64,000 nucleotides of DNA, from positions 40,718-104,717 of the forward strand of contig CAZFYQ010000001.1 in assembly GCA_964523905.1 (NCBI GenBank), in the 5' to 3' direction. Origin of the DNA: an uncultured Gammaproteobacteria bacterium. Its GTDB lineage: Bacteria > Patescibacteriota > Microgenomatia > Daviesbacterales > UBA10151. Positions 19,601 through 28,833 of this stretch are shown here, piece by piece. The notes beneath the pieces were generated by a model. That model saw only the letters and a list, made by a program, of their open reading frames with translations, was not told the origin of the DNA and searched no databases. Every line of letters begins with the position of its first letter. The stretch's first letter is position 1. The position numbers and the translations under genes were made by a program.

Positions 19601-21771
19601 CCCGGTACTCCACCACTATTAACCGGTGGAGGAATCTGGTTACCGGTAACAGGACTAGTGACAATTAAAGGGAAGTTAGTACAGTTATTTAATATATTAG
19701 GTTCAGAAACAAGATTATGATTGGAATCAGCGCAAACCCGTACTGAATATGCTCCAGGTTGAGAAACTGTCCATTGGCTACCTTCACTAACAGGTATTAC
19801 CTCACCACCATTTTGTCCATTACAAGCTGGAGGCTGAGTTGAAGCAAAGCCGGTAAAGAGCGCTCGTCCGGTTGGTATGGCATCTTTAGGGAAAGTACCC
19901 TTAAATACTGCAAAACTGGTTGTGAAACTATTACCAGAAATATTGGAAGCAATACAACCTGTATGAAGCGCGTTGACAATAGTAGCTGCAAAACTTAAGG
20001 ATTTTCCAGTGGTAATTTGTTTAGGATCTCCCGGAGTAGCAGTAATAACAAAGTCTCTAGGACTGCCGGTGTTTTGAACTGTCAGGTCAGGAAATGGTCC
20101 TTGAATTGGTCCACCGTTGCTGTAATAAACAGTGGGGGTTGGTGTAGTAGAGATGTTAGGATTTGGGGAAGTAATTGGGACTGAAGGGTTACCAGGAGTA
20201 GTAATTGTTTTAGTGACACAATTATCAGACTCATTTGATTCAGGTGATTGATTAGTATAATCAGCACAAGCTCGGACATTATATGTTGAGCCAGGATCTA
20301 ATGCACCAGTGGTTAAAGTATCATCTTTGGATTGTCCGGGTACTATTAGACCAACATTATCTAAAGGTTTAGCAGCTACAACCGTATTATCGCTGGCTTT
20401 ACTAACAGTCAATAATTCTGATGAATTTAATACTGGTTCTGCGTTGGGGGTTAAAGGATCTATAAAATGAGCAGAAAAAACCCATCCTTGATTATTATCT
20501 TCAGTAGGTTGATCAACTTGAGCGGTAAGATTTGGTAGGTTTGCATATTCTGCTCCTGTACACATTCCGATATCCCGATCTGCAAATACCCAGTTAGGGC
20601 TATGAACCCAAGGGTCTGCGGTAGAACCTGATTCAGATATCGTACGATCACCTACATTAAGCCCAACTGTCATATGAAGATGAACAAAGGCCTGTGAAAC
20701 CAGGTTACCTGCAATATGCCAGGATTGCTTGGTATCATTAACATTAATATCCTCATTAGGTGTAGTAATATTTTGATAAACATGAAGATACTGTAAAGTC
20801 CAAACCTGACCGTCTGGCGCATCAACTGAATGATAAACTCGTGCATAACCTGTACCAGCATCAAACCATCCAATGTATTGCCATGTCACTACATGTCCAT
20901 CAATGGTTGGTAAATATACCGGATCGCCGGCATTTTTAGCGATGCCAGATCCCTGATCTGTAATATCAATTGATTTGGCAGTTCGTATCAGGTCTCCGGC
21001 AGCATTTTTTACAGGATTACAAATCCCTTGGTCTGCAATATATTGGGGACTACAATGGCCACCAATACCGGTTCCAGCATTTATTCCGGAAGTTGCTGAA
21101 CACCCTTGACTGGTGAATCCTCCAAAAGTTGTGGGTGGACCATAAGAACCGCAACTTATTTTACCCTCAGGGACTGGACAGCTAAAGACATGACCAGTGT
21201 TTGTAGTTGGATTAGTCGGATTGGCAGGAGTGTTGGGATTAGTTTGAATTGGAATTTGGGTTGCACCACCTGGTTCTGAGTTATTAGCGGTAGTGACATT
21301 ATTGCTTCCTTGAACATTTAAGGGATAATTGGCAATTGTGCCAACCTGACCACTGGTATTTTCCGGTATCACTGCTAAGTTGTAGTTACCGCTACTAACA
21401 GTCTGCGGAATTTGATAAGTCCAAGTGCCAGCGCTATTAACCGGGACTGAGGCAGTTGTACCATTAGGTGCAAGAGTTAGAATTGCTTTACCTCCGGGAG
21501 TGCCGGTGCCTGTAATGCTGTCTGCTTGAGTGATTTGGTTAGGAGCAGTGGCGCTAAAATTACGTACTGAGTAAGTTTGAGGACTATGATGAAGTCGGGG
21601 TAGAATTTGATTCTTATAAACCCAGAAGCCGGCAGGAATAAGTATTACCAAGAGAAGTAAAATGGAAAGTTTAATGATAGTTTTTTTGGGGAGATTTTTA
21701 AACATTAGAAATGGTGAAGGTTCTGGAGGAGTGTAGTTGGGTGATATATAAACTTGCGGGTTAGTATCCAC
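16669..21771 (-). CDS. giant secreted multidomain surface protein (1700 aa)
   Basis: N-terminal signal-anchor and T/N/P/G-rich linkers throughout. Clan GH-A-like TIM-barrel region (LLIGLEVN ... FISETGW, about 17962-18894). PKD-like module (YDYSWSGDP..GTYQATVTV, about 18967-19209). Possible M23-like zinc-peptidase signature (YLHV ... FVHLHM, about 20572-21099). Twice-repeated 58-aa module near the C-terminus and a Cys-rich segment. Confidence 0.8.
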   Translation of the reverse strand: MDTNPQVYISPNYTPPEPSPFLMFKNLPKKTIIKLSILLLLVILIPAGFWVYKNQILPRLHHSPQTYSVRNFSATAPNQITQADSITGTGTPGGKAILTLAPNGTTASVPVNSAGTWTYQIPQTVSSGNYNLAVIPENTSGQVGTIANYPLNVQGSNNVTTANNSEPGGATQIPIQTNPNTPANPTNPTTNTGHVFSCPVPEGKISCGSYGPPTTFGGFTSQGCSATSGINAGTGIGGHCSPQYIADQGICNPVKNAAGDLIRTAKSIDITDQGSGIAKNAGDPVYLPTIDGHVVTWQYIGWFDAGTGYARVYHSVDAPDGQVWTLQYLHVYQNITTPNEDINVNDTKQSWHIAGNLVSQAFVHLHMTVGLNVGDRTISESGSTADPWVHSPNWVFADRDIGMCTGAEYANLPNLTAQVDQPTEDNNQGWVFSAHFIDPLTPNAEPVLNSSELLTVSKASDNTVVAAKPLDNVGLIVPGQSKDDTLTTGALDPGSTYNVRACADYTNQSPESNESDNCVTKTITTPGNPSVPITSPNPNISTTPTPTVYYSNGGPIQGPFPDLTVQNTGSPRDFVITATPGDPKQITTGKSLSFAATIVNALHTGCIASNISGNSFTTSFAVFKGTFPKDAIPTGRALFTGFASTQPPACNGQNGGEVIPVSEGSQWTVSQPGAYSVRVCADSNHNLVSEPNILNNCTNFPLIVTSPVTGNQIPPPVNSGGVPGGFPVSVDVSCDGTTPKVSLNLRPSSGDAVYIVRTLSPYSFIQNPDGYHDSIWVDHNYAYANIPPTDNAASGIIKNDPADFSGFDGAAPDLVSGTSYQYIMSAGNPAGSFDGTSHVLVTPACTTPVQVTCSAAYPKPGPLGTPADTVIWTANATAGNGTYDYSWSGDPASHYYSGLDGKTAQVDYAIPGTYQATVTVKSGGTTATANCQVNTATNSASHTPAASPTPNPTSPANPQPVNFKLGVKFFSPGTSVSGQTGWNSANDVASLAYIQRSWNDLHNPDISTDVNDSKNAGLDTYIAFDPLCNSRNKVASSDGTDHCSDSTPVTFQNQYSNPDNNSFINTMVDIARTYHPKYLLIGLEVNTYKNANQTDYNYFAHTLYPKAYDAIKAVSSNTQVAVSFTANSDLRQELADFNNKVDVLAVSLYPEFSYGSDINNIPTNLLSSIIDSSGSNLPLFISETGWISTSWQSFPASPDAQSAYINRLRQMVDQAKNNGKSIAAINYVSLADVNCNQQQISSEFGWYCYLGLMSPNGSPKPAFQEMRSWKNNAPSTISPTSTTHQKQLISITVNGQQIYPQNPNGIDLNLNSSSAYLMEITYLDSQGHQQTATRSLVFQRPAVSPTTSPTDTGWTFCSNEFENCSIPGNATVRFGANGQFITKVFAQGTYVCGNGTFGSDPAPTILKRCEYQLGGNIVPTNAPIIEEAAPTPTPSRNHPNCRSISCPAPTDGCTYQNQITSTCDANVTLTCGNLVCTGSAPSANTPTPTLTTPTTHQKQLLRITVNDQEIYPNNSSGLDLDLNANTSYLMTITYLDQNGQQQTISRSLIFQRPYSPPTSTPEPSPVIINPAPSIITDIAAENLSLSPQSPTVGQPVSFEADTANLGTVALNPTTTALGVIRSSNPSNICDTTVSFTTFISTIPATNQLNPGSSQHFSYPNSWTPTEAGNYCFAVIADFYNQVNDNNPANNRTGIPFVVSP
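17116..17289 (-). repeat. intragenic repeat copy 2 (58-aa module THQKQLLRITVNDQEIYPNN...LIFQR)
   Basis: Protein-level and DNA-level similarity (about 70%) to copy 1 at 17752-17925; shared DNA stretch attgtttttggtgggt. Confidence 0.8.
17752..17925 (-). repeat. intragenic repeat copy 1 (58-aa module THQKQLISITVNGQQIYPQN...LVFQR)
   Basis: See copy 2; copies lie about 615 bp apart inside the giant ORF. Confidence 0.8.
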
Positions 21772-21807
21772 ACTTCATTTTAAGCATAAACCCGGGAAAA
21801 AGTATAG

Positions 21808-22509
21808 CTACTGGAAGATAACTGAGCCGAAGTTTTGGATTGAATTTGTTTGGCCACTTTGATCTTTGGCAGACATATTAACATTTACAGTCTGAGCTGT
21901 AGTGGAGGTGATTGTAAAGACGACGTTGCCGTTACCGTCAGTAGTACCGGATTGAGGGGTAAAGGTCACATTAGAACTACTGGTGGATAAAGTGACTGTT
22001 TCACCTCCCAGGGCATTACCTCCGGAACTTTTTAAAGTAATAGTAATAGTTGATGAGCTATTGGCTGGTAAAGTACCAGGATTAGCCACGAATTTGGATT
22101 GACCAGAATCAGGTGCCGGTGCAGGAGTGACAGTAGGAGTAATAGTGGGAGTTGGAGTATTAGTGGGACCGGCAGTAGGAGTAATAGTGGGGGTTGGGCT
22201 TTTAGTTGGTATTACCGTCGACTGGTAAGTAGTAGGCTCAGGAGTATCTGTTGGCTCAAGAGTTGGGGTAGGACTACCGTCTGGAAGAGGTTGATAAGAT
22301 GAATAATCAACTGAAGGAATAAAATATTGTTTAATTCCATATAAAACAGCCAGAATTACAATCAAAATAATTGCAGAGTAAAATTTATGAGTCAGAATGT
22401 ACTTTTTAACAGCTGTAATCCGCTGATGTTTAGAAATCTTGTTAAACTGATGAGTCAAATTGTTATCTTCCATGCAAAATAATATTATACACGACTTTTT
22501 ATTTGACAC
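21808..22509 (-). CDS. membrane-anchored surface protein with P/T-rich linker and Ig-like C-terminal domain
   Basis: TM anchor (YSAIILIVILAVLYG), linker PTPTITPTAGPTNTPTPTITPTVTPAP, beta-rich C-terminus. Start is either the GTG at 22509 or the ATG at 22473. Confidence 0.6.
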   Translation of the reverse strand: MSNKKSCIILFCMEDNNLTHQFNKISKHQRITAVKKYILTHKFYSAIILIVILAVLYGIKQYFIPSVDYSSYQPLPDGSPTPTLEPTDTPEPTTYQSTVIPTKSPTPTITPTAGPTNTPTPTITPTVTPAPAPDSGQSKFVANPGTLPANSSSTITITLKSSGGNALGGETVTLSTSSSNVTFTPQSGTTDGNGNVVFTITSTTAQTVNVNMSAKDQSGQTNSIQNFGSVIFQ

Positions 22510-22531
22510 TCACACTAGTAAGTAAGATAAT
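22503..22531 (+). promoter_or_regulatory. sigma70-like promoter, leaderless transcript for ORF 22538
   Basis: TTGACA (22503-22508), 17-nt spacer, GATAAT (22526-22531); the ATG at 22538 is only 6 nt past the -10. Confidence 0.5.
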
Positions 22532-22537
22532 CAACTT

Positions 22538-22843
22538 ATGATTGCAAAACTGGCTAATTTTGATCCAGTTACTTATCTTAATATTGATCAGTCTTCCTAT
22601 TCACCACAGGAGTTGGGACAGCTACGCCAGGATTTGATGGCTAAAATGGGCGAATATGTCTTATTAAAACTTTCCCAAGATTTTACAGATGAGCAAGTCA
22701 ATTATCTAACTCCACTGGATGGTCAAGCAATATTTAATACGTTAGAAACTCATTTACCGGATTTTCAAAATAAATTTATGTTGGAATTAGATAACTTTAA
22801 AAAAGATTATGAAGCAGCAGGAGCAAATGATGCCAGAAATTAG
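22538..22843 (+). CDS. hypothetical protein
   Basis: 101 aa ORF directly downstream of a strong promoter; no recognisable domain. Confidence 0.45.
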   Translation: MIAKLANFDPVTYLNIDQSSYSPQELGQLRQDLMAKMGEYVLLKLSQDFTDEQVNYLTPLDGQAIFNTLETHLPDFQNKFMLELDNFKKDYEAAGANDARN

Positions 22844-23696
22844 TCAGCTGCCAGTAGAACAAGGCCCTGCACCAATAGGTAGAATTGAGAGTTTTTTGAA
22901 TCCCTTGCAAAGCGGTCGTGAGACAATGGCGAAAATCGCAAGCAGCGTGGGTTTAGCTTTAATTTTAAATGCCTGCGGGCCAGTTCAATCAAAAGAATTT
23001 ACCCCGCCGCCACCAGTTGTTGATCAAGGCAGATTAGGTCCGGAAGTAGCCGGGGCAGAGGTTGTTGATGTACCGGCACCAAAAACTGAACAAAGAGTTC
23101 AGCTGGAAAAAGAGGCTGACCAAGTAGTTGATGTAATTGATCAGTTAGTTAAGAAAGATTTTCGAGAAAAATATGGTCTAAATACGAGCGACATCAGAGA
23201 TCAATTAAAGAAAGAGGGTGACGCTAAAATACAAGAGGTAGTGAAAAGAAATCCCGCATATCCCCCAGGAAATACCAGGGAGTATTCAGCATTTGATGGC
23301 ATTACGGTTGATCAAGGACGGAATTCAAGAGGCGAGTCTACCTATACTACAGTGAATGTGGCGACCATTGATGGGCATTATAGTCCAGTGAGGCAGGGTA
23401 GTGGAAACCAGCCAATCACTCTGGAATCCATCGCAAATGCCACTAAAAACGTGGATCAAATATTTAATCTACAACCAGGCTCTAATGGTTTTAATCCACA
23501 GAGTGTAAAGGACCTCGGTCTTTGGAATGCCGAGATGCAAATGGATAAAGATGAATCACTTAGGCCAACAGGAGTAGTATCAGTTAGATACACATTGCCG
23601 GACGGTAAAATTTTTACAGTTGGTGTTTCAACCGGCGCAGGTTATGAATTAAATAGTGCCACTATTTCAGATCCTTCAAAATCAGGGGGAAAATAA
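22809..23696 (+). CDS. hypothetical secreted protein
   Basis: 295 aa; hydrophobic signal-like segment (IASSVGLALILNACG, possible lipobox), acidic coiled region, beta-rich C-terminus. Confidence 0.5.
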   Translation: MKQQEQMMPEISQLPVEQGPAPIGRIESFLNPLQSGRETMAKIASSVGLALILNACGPVQSKEFTPPPPVVDQGRLGPEVAGAEVVDVPAPKTEQRVQLEKEADQVVDVIDQLVKKDFREKYGLNTSDIRDQLKKEGDAKIQEVVKRNPAYPPGNTREYSAFDGITVDQGRNSRGESTYTTVNVATIDGHYSPVRQGSGNQPITLESIANATKNVDQIFNLQPGSNGFNPQSVKDLGLWNAEMQMDKDESLRPTGVVSVRYTLPDGKIFTVGVSTGAGYELNSATISDPSKSGGK

Positions 23697-23698
23697 TA

Positions 23699-23938
23699 AT
23701 GAATAAAGGATTAGTAGTATTGGCATTAATATTGGGAATAATTTTATTAATTGCAGCTGTGGTTTATTTTATTACTCCGGCTAGCGCCCTACCTAGTTTT
23801 ATGCCCGGATATGATGTGACTTTGACTAAAACGCATTTAAAACATGGCATTGGTTCACTATTTTTATCTCTGGCTTTATTTGCTTTTGCCTGGTTTAATT
23901 CCAAAAAGAAATCATCTCCACAAATAGAGGGAAATTAA
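23699..23938 (+). CDS. small two-TM membrane protein
   Basis: 79 aa, two hydrophobic helices. Confidence 0.45.
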   Translation: MNKGLVVLALILGIILLIAAVVYFITPASALPSFMPGYDVTLTKTHLKHGIGSLFLSLALFAFAWFNSKKKSSPQIEGN

Positions 23939-24751
23939 TCCGCCAACCAATAAACAATAAACGGCAAACGGGGTTAAAGTGTTGGTTTGAAAATATTTCA
24001 GCAAAAACTTTACTGCAAAATAAGCACTGATACCGGCACTGAGTGCTCCAAGTAAAGCTGCCAACAGCAGTTGATTATCTCCCAGACTAATTAAATCCGG
24101 TAATTTCAATAAAGCTGCCGCCCCAATAATCGGAGTGGCCAGTAAAAAAGAAAACCGCAAGGAATCTTCGTGAGAAAGTCCCACCAGTAAGCTACCAACT
24201 ATGGTAGCACCGGTCCTGGAAAAGCCGGGGATTAAAGCAATTGCTTGTAAAGTCCCCACCTTAGCTGTCTGGAAAAAAGACAGTTGAGCAATTTTTCCAT
24301 CAGTTTCTTGACTTTTTCTTCTTAAAACTTCTCCGGCAAATAAAAGTAAGCCGTTTAAAAAAAGAAAAGCTGCTGCAGAGGTAGCTGATGCAAAAAAGCC
24401 TCTTAAAGCATCTTCAAATAGCAGACCAAGAATACCAGCAGGAATGGTACCGACTATTAGTAACCAACCTAATTTGGCATCAGTGTCAGTTGATTTAATC
24501 TCGCGTTCTTTTAGTGAGCGAAAAATTCCGGCAATAATTTTGACCCATTCTTTCCGGAAAAAGAAAAACAAAACTGTGGCAGTTGCAAAATGAGTAGCCA
24601 CTAAAAAGTCTAGGAAAAACGGATCATTTTGATGAATATTCCAGCCCAACAGCCTTGGTAAAATTACGCTGTGGCCTAAACTGGAGATTGGGAAAAGCTC
24701 AGAAATCCCTTGCAGGAGTCCCAAGATAATCGCCTGAACAGGAGTAATCAT
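23912..24751 (-). CDS. uppP: undecaprenyl-diphosphatase
   Basis: N-terminal motif GLLQGISELFPISSLGHS and C-terminal SRTGATI typical of BacA/UppP. Confidence 0.9.
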   Translation of the reverse strand: MITPVQAIILGLLQGISELFPISSLGHSVILPRLLGWNIHQNDPFFLDFLVATHFATATVLFFFFRKEWVKIIAGIFRSLKEREIKSTDTDAKLGWLLIVGTIPAGILGLLFEDALRGFFASATSAAAFLFLNGLLLFAGEVLRRKSQETDGKIAQLSFFQTAKVGTLQAIALIPGFSRTGATIVGSLLVGLSHEDSLRFSFLLATPIIGAAALLKLPDLISLGDNQLLLAALLGALSAGISAYFAVKFLLKYFQTNTLTPFAVYCLLVGGLISLYLWR

Positions 24752-24754
24752 TGT

Positions 24755-25246
24755 CTATACCGATGGCTCGGTTGCTTGCCAGTCTTGGGGCGTGCCTTCA
24801 ATAACAGTGCTTTCCAAATCAGTAAAATCAGAGAATTTAAAATAGGTAATGGTAATTTCCCCGAAAACATAACCATTATCAATGGCCAGCTTCATAACCG
24901 GTGGCCAGTTAGGAGTTCTGGTATTAATATTGGCTGTTTCCAGATAACGATGTGACAGTTCATGTTTTTTATCCTCGTCCTCAACCAGCTTAATTGTACC
25001 TTCCACCTGCATCACAATTGGTTCCATTTCCTGGCCAACGACTAAGGCCACTTTATTATTTTGGCTGATATTTTTAATCTTGCGGCTGTCTTTGGCAGTC
25101 ACTATATATAAATGAAAGTTGTCATCAGTTAAGTAGTAAACAAAAGAAGCTTCCGGAGCATTTTCGCTATTAACTGTAGCAATCGCAGCTAAACGATTAC
25201 TTGTTAGAAATTTCCAGGCTTTAAGATGGTCGTTATCAGGATTCAT
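24755..25246 (-). CDS. pyridoxamine 5'-phosphate oxidase-like FMN-binding protein (general stress protein 26 family)
   Basis: Split-barrel PNPOx-like pattern (AIATVNSENAPEASFVYY ... VALVV). Confidence 0.65.
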   Translation of the reverse strand: MNPDNDHLKAWKFLTSNRLAAIATVNSENAPEASFVYYLTDDNFHLYIVTAKDSRKIKNISQNNKVALVVGQEMEPIVMQVEGTIKLVEDEDKKHELSHRYLETANINTRTPNWPPVMKLAIDNGYVFGEITITYFKFSDFTDLESTVIEGTPQDWQATEPSV

Positions 25247-25315
25247 TAGACCCTTTCATTATATGAGGGTTAATAGTAAATTACAATTAGTGAGGTTTTG
25301 GGTTAATATATTAAT

Positions 25316-26242
25316 ATGAAAATTGGAATCTTTAATATCTCTTCTAAGCAACAGCCATTTTTTGAGGAGCAATTACCAGGACACCAGGTTACTTTTGCCG
25401 AGGATCTAACAGCTGGTGGAGATTTTGAGGTGATTTCAATTTTTAAATCAGAGATTACGGAAGATACTGTTAAACTATTTCCCAATCTAAAAATGATTGC
25501 TCTTCGTTCTACAGGTTATGACAATGTGGAAGAAGGATGCGTTAAGCAAAATAACATTGTGGTTTGTAATGTGCCTGCTTACGGTCGGCATACAGTAGCC
25601 GAGTTTACTTTTGGTTTGATTTTGTCTTTAACCCGCCGAATTCCCTGGGCTGTTAATCATCTTAAAACAACCCAGCAATTCGTATACGAGGGTTTTGAAG
25701 GGATGGATTTATTTGGAAAAACGATCGGGGTAGTGGGTACTGGTAAAATCGGGGCTAATGTGATCAAAATCGCCAAGGGTTTTGAGATGAAAGTTTTAGC
25801 ATACGATACTTACCCTAATCAGGAATTATCTAAAAGTTTAGGTTTTGAATATACCAGCCTGGAGAACTTGTTAAAAAATTCCGATATAGTGACTTTACAT
25901 ACTCCTTCAACGCCTGAAACCAAGCACTTAATTAATGAAAGCAATTTAAGTTTAATGAAAAAAACTGCCTACCTGGTTAATACATCACGAGGGGTAGTGG
26001 TAGAAACTGAGGCTTTAATTAAGGCTTTGGAAAATCAGCAAATTAAAGGTGCAGGGATTGATGTGCTGGAAGATGAAACAAATCTAACAGCTGAGGAAGC
26101 AAAGCTGCTGGATTTGGACAGTGTCCTGGCCACACCGCACATGGCTTTTTATACAAAAGAAGCGGAACAGGCTATTTTGCAAACAACTGTAGAAAATATC
26201 CTTAATTTTATTAAAGGAGTTACTACTAACGCAGTAGTTTAA
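25316..26242 (+). CDS. D-isomer-specific 2-hydroxyacid dehydrogenase (D-lactate dehydrogenase-like)
   Basis: NAD-binding GKTIGVVGTGKIGANV, catalytic R/E/H context (NTSRG ... ATPHMAF). Confidence 0.85.
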   Translation: MKIGIFNISSKQQPFFEEQLPGHQVTFAEDLTAGGDFEVISIFKSEITEDTVKLFPNLKMIALRSTGYDNVEEGCVKQNNIVVCNVPAYGRHTVAEFTFGLILSLTRRIPWAVNHLKTTQQFVYEGFEGMDLFGKTIGVVGTGKIGANVIKIAKGFEMKVLAYDTYPNQELSKSLGFEYTSLENLLKNSDIVTLHTPSTPETKHLINESNLSLMKKTAYLVNTSRGVVVETEALIKALENQQIKGAGIDVLEDETNLTAEEAKLLDLDSVLATPHMAFYTKEAEQAILQTTVENILNFIKGVTTNAVV

Positions 26243-26246
26243 TTAT

Positions 26247-26894
26247 ATGGATGCATCGGTTAAACAAAAGCTGGATGATTTTTTTAAAGGCTATAAAAAC
26301 TCAAAATACAAAAAGGGTGAGATTTTAATCAGGGCTGATGACTTTCCTTCAGGGGTATTTTATCTAGTAGATGGGATAGTCAGAAGATATGCAATTTCCG
26401 CAGCTGGGGAAGAGCTAACCATCAATATGTTTAAGCCCATTTCATATTTTCCAATGGACTGGGCAATTAATAACACCATCTCTACACATTACTATGAAGC
26501 GATGACCGCAGTAGAAGTTTACCGGGCTCCCAAAGAAGAGGTCTTAAAGTTTATTAAACAAAATCCCGATGTGATGTTTGATTTAATGTCCAGAATTTAT
26601 TACGGTTTGGAAGGTTATATGCTGCGGATGGAATATTTAATGGGTGGTAATGCCCGGGCTAGGCTAATAACAGAACTGTTAATTTATGCTAAACGGTTTG
26701 GTAAAGAAAATGGCAGTAAAGTGATTGTTGATATGAAAGTAACAGAAAAAGATCTGGCATCTGAGGTGGGGATGACCAGAGAAACAGTGTCTCGGGAAAT
26801 GCAAAAACTTATGAAACTGGGAGTAATTGAATTTAAGAGTAATCAACTAATTGTTAATGATATGAAAAAACTCCAACTTTTGCTTTCTGTGTGA
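26247..26894 (+). CDS. Crp/Fnr-family transcriptional regulator
   Basis: cNMP-binding-like beta-roll plus C-terminal HTH (MTRETVSREMQKLMKLGVIE). Confidence 0.8.
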   Translation: MDASVKQKLDDFFKGYKNSKYKKGEILIRADDFPSGVFYLVDGIVRRYAISAAGEELTINMFKPISYFPMDWAINNTISTHYYEAMTAVEVYRAPKEEVLKFIKQNPDVMFDLMSRIYYGLEGYMLRMEYLMGGNARARLITELLIYAKRFGKENGSKVIVDMKVTEKDLASEVGMTRETVSREMQKLMKLGVIEFKSNQLIVNDMKKLQLLLSV

Positions 26895-26952
26895 TCTCAG
26901 TCACTGCCTGCATATGTATTTAATTAGATAATCCTGATACAGTAAGAATAAG

Positions 26953-27582
26953 ATGGCGTACTTGATTTTAGTCAGACACGGAGTAACCGATTGGAATGTG
27001 GAGGGAAGGTGGCATGGCATGACTGATATTCCGTTAAATCTTGAGGGTAAAAAACAAGCTCGGGAAGCAGCAGGTATATTAAAAGGCACTCAAATTGATG
27101 CAATTTATACATCAGAGCTAAGCCGGGTGACCCAAACTGCTGATGAAATTTGTGATGAACTACAACTATCGTGTAACATTGTTAAACATCCAGCCTTAAA
27201 TGAACGGGATTATGGAATATATACCGGCAAAAATAAATGGGAAGTAGAAAAAGAGTTAGGGCATGAAGCGTTTGTTAATCTGCGCCGCGGTTGGAACCAG
27301 CCGATCCCGGAAGGGGAAGCTTTAAAAGATGTGTATGATAGGGTGGTGCCGTTTTATCAAGAAAAAATCCTGGCTGATTTAAAGTCCGGCAAAAACGTGT
27401 TGGTTGTTTCATCCGGCAATACTCTGCGGGCTTTAATTAAATATCTGGAAAACATTTCTGATGATGAAATTGCTAAAATGGAATTAAACTTCGGGGAAAT
27501 ATTAATGTATCAAATTGATCAAACGGGAAAAATCTTGTCCAAAGCCAGTTTGGCAACTGATTTGTATCAATCTAAACATTAA
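26953..27582 (+). CDS. gpmA: histidine-phosphatase family phosphoglycerate mutase (2,3-BPG-dependent type)
   Basis: LILVRHGVTDWN catalytic RHG motif; immediately upstream of eno. Confidence 0.7.
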   Translation: MAYLILVRHGVTDWNVEGRWHGMTDIPLNLEGKKQAREAAGILKGTQIDAIYTSELSRVTQTADEICDELQLSCNIVKHPALNERDYGIYTGKNKWEVEKELGHEAFVNLRRGWNQPIPEGEALKDVYDRVVPFYQEKILADLKSGKNVLVVSSGNTLRALIKYLENISDDEIAKMELNFGEILMYQIDQTGKILSKASLATDLYQSKH

Positions 27583-28833
27583 ATGAAAATCACCAACATT
27601 ACAGCCAGACAAATATTAGATTCTAAAGCAACCCCTACAGTTGAAGTTGATGTGATTTTGGAAAATGGTATGGTTGCCAGAGCAGCAGTGCCATCAGGTG
27701 CTTCAACTGGTACAACAGAAGCAGTTGAGCTGCGGGATGATGATGCCAGTCACTACGCGGGTAAAGGAGTTTTAAAAGCAGTTACCAATGTTAATGAGAT
27801 CATTGCTAAAGAAATTATTAGTTTAGATGTAGAAAATCAGGACTTAATTGACCAAAAACTAATTGATTTGGATGGAACGGAAAATAAATCTAAACTGGGG
27901 GCCAACGCAATTTTGGGAGTATCAATGGCGGTTTGTAAAGCTGCAGCCAAAGCCTTAAAAAAGCCTCTTTACCAATATATCTCGGAAATCTCCGGTAACT
28001 CAAAAATGAATTTGCCGCGGCCAATGGTGTTACTTTTAGAAGGTGGTAAACATGGTAACTGGTCAACTGATATCCAGGAATTTATGATTATGCCAGGAGT
28101 TGGAAAATTCTATAGCTTTGCTGAGACTTTAGAAGCGGCTGTGAAAGTTTTTACGGCTCTGGAGAAAATATTAGTTAGTAAAAAATATTCAGTGGGTTTG
28201 GGTTTTGAAGGAGCTTTTTGTCCGCAGGAAATATCTTCTAATGAGGAAGCCTTGCAACTGTTAGTAGAAGCAATCAACAATGCGGGTTTTGAGCCAGGGA
28301 AAGATTTTGTTTTGGCAATTGACGGGGCAGCTAGTGAGTTTTTTGAGCAGGGACAGTATCATTTAAAGAGTGAAGATAAAACCTACTCGCCAAAAGAGTG
28401 GAGTGATAAATTGATTGAGCTGACGAAAAACTATCCGATTTTTTCTTTAGAAGATATGCATCAGGAAGAATTGTGGGATGATTGGGCCTATTTATTATCA
28501 AATTTAGGAAACTATCAAATAGTGGGTGATGATTTAGTAACTACTAATCTTGAAAGAATTAAAAAAGCCGCTGATAAAAAAGCGATTAATTCCGTATTAA
28601 TAAAACCAAACCAAATAGGTACTGTCACTGAAACTATCAAGGCAGTTCAGCTAACTCATCAGCTAGGTTGGACTTCGGTAGTTTCTCACCGCGGCGGTGA
28701 AACGAATGATGATTTTATTGCGGATTTTTGTGTAGGAGTAGGCAGTGAGCAATGTAAATTTGGTGGGCCAGTGCGGGGAGAAAGACTGGCAAAATATAAT
28801 CAGTTACTTAGAATTGAAGAAGAGGTTAAATGA
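27583..28833 (+). CDS. eno: enolase (phosphopyruvate hydratase)
   Basis: Motifs SHRGGETNDDFIAD and LLIKPNQIGT; 416 aa. Confidence 0.92.
   Translation: MKITNITARQILDSKATPTVEVDVILENGMVARAAVPSGASTGTTEAVELRDDDASHYAGKGVLKAVTNVNEIIAKEIISLDVENQDLIDQKLIDLDGTENKSKLGANAILGVSMAVCKAAAKALKKPLYQYISEISGNSKMNLPRPMVLLLEGGKHGNWSTDIQEFMIMPGVGKFYSFAETLEAAVKVFTALEKILVSKKYSVGLGFEGAFCPQEISSNEEALQLLVEAINNAGFEPGKDFVLAIDGAASEFFEQGQYHLKSEDKTYSPKEWSDKLIELTKNYPIFSLEDMHQEELWDDWAYLLSNLGNYQIVGDDLVTTNLERIKKAADKKAINSVLIKPNQIGTVTETIKAVQLTHQLGWTSVVSHRGGETNDDFIADFCVGVGSEQCKFGGPVRGERLAKYNQLLRIEEEVK

Noticed and set aside
16835-21000. Multiple 60-106-aa ORFs in both orientations inside the giant gene (e.g. 16835-17113, 18415-18735, 19027-19278, 19797-19991, 20082-20279, 20460-20873)
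   Set aside because: All nested within the continuous 5.1-kb ORF; the giant ORF has coherent domain content, while these are short frame artefacts.
20572-21099. Confident call of a LytM/M23 peptidase domain in the giant protein
   Set aside because: Only the YxHx and HxH-like elements (YLHV...VHLHM, with about 35-aa spacing) are visible; a properly spaced upstream HxxxD was not found (HSVD has the wrong spacing). It is kept only as a possibility inside the giant-protein feature.
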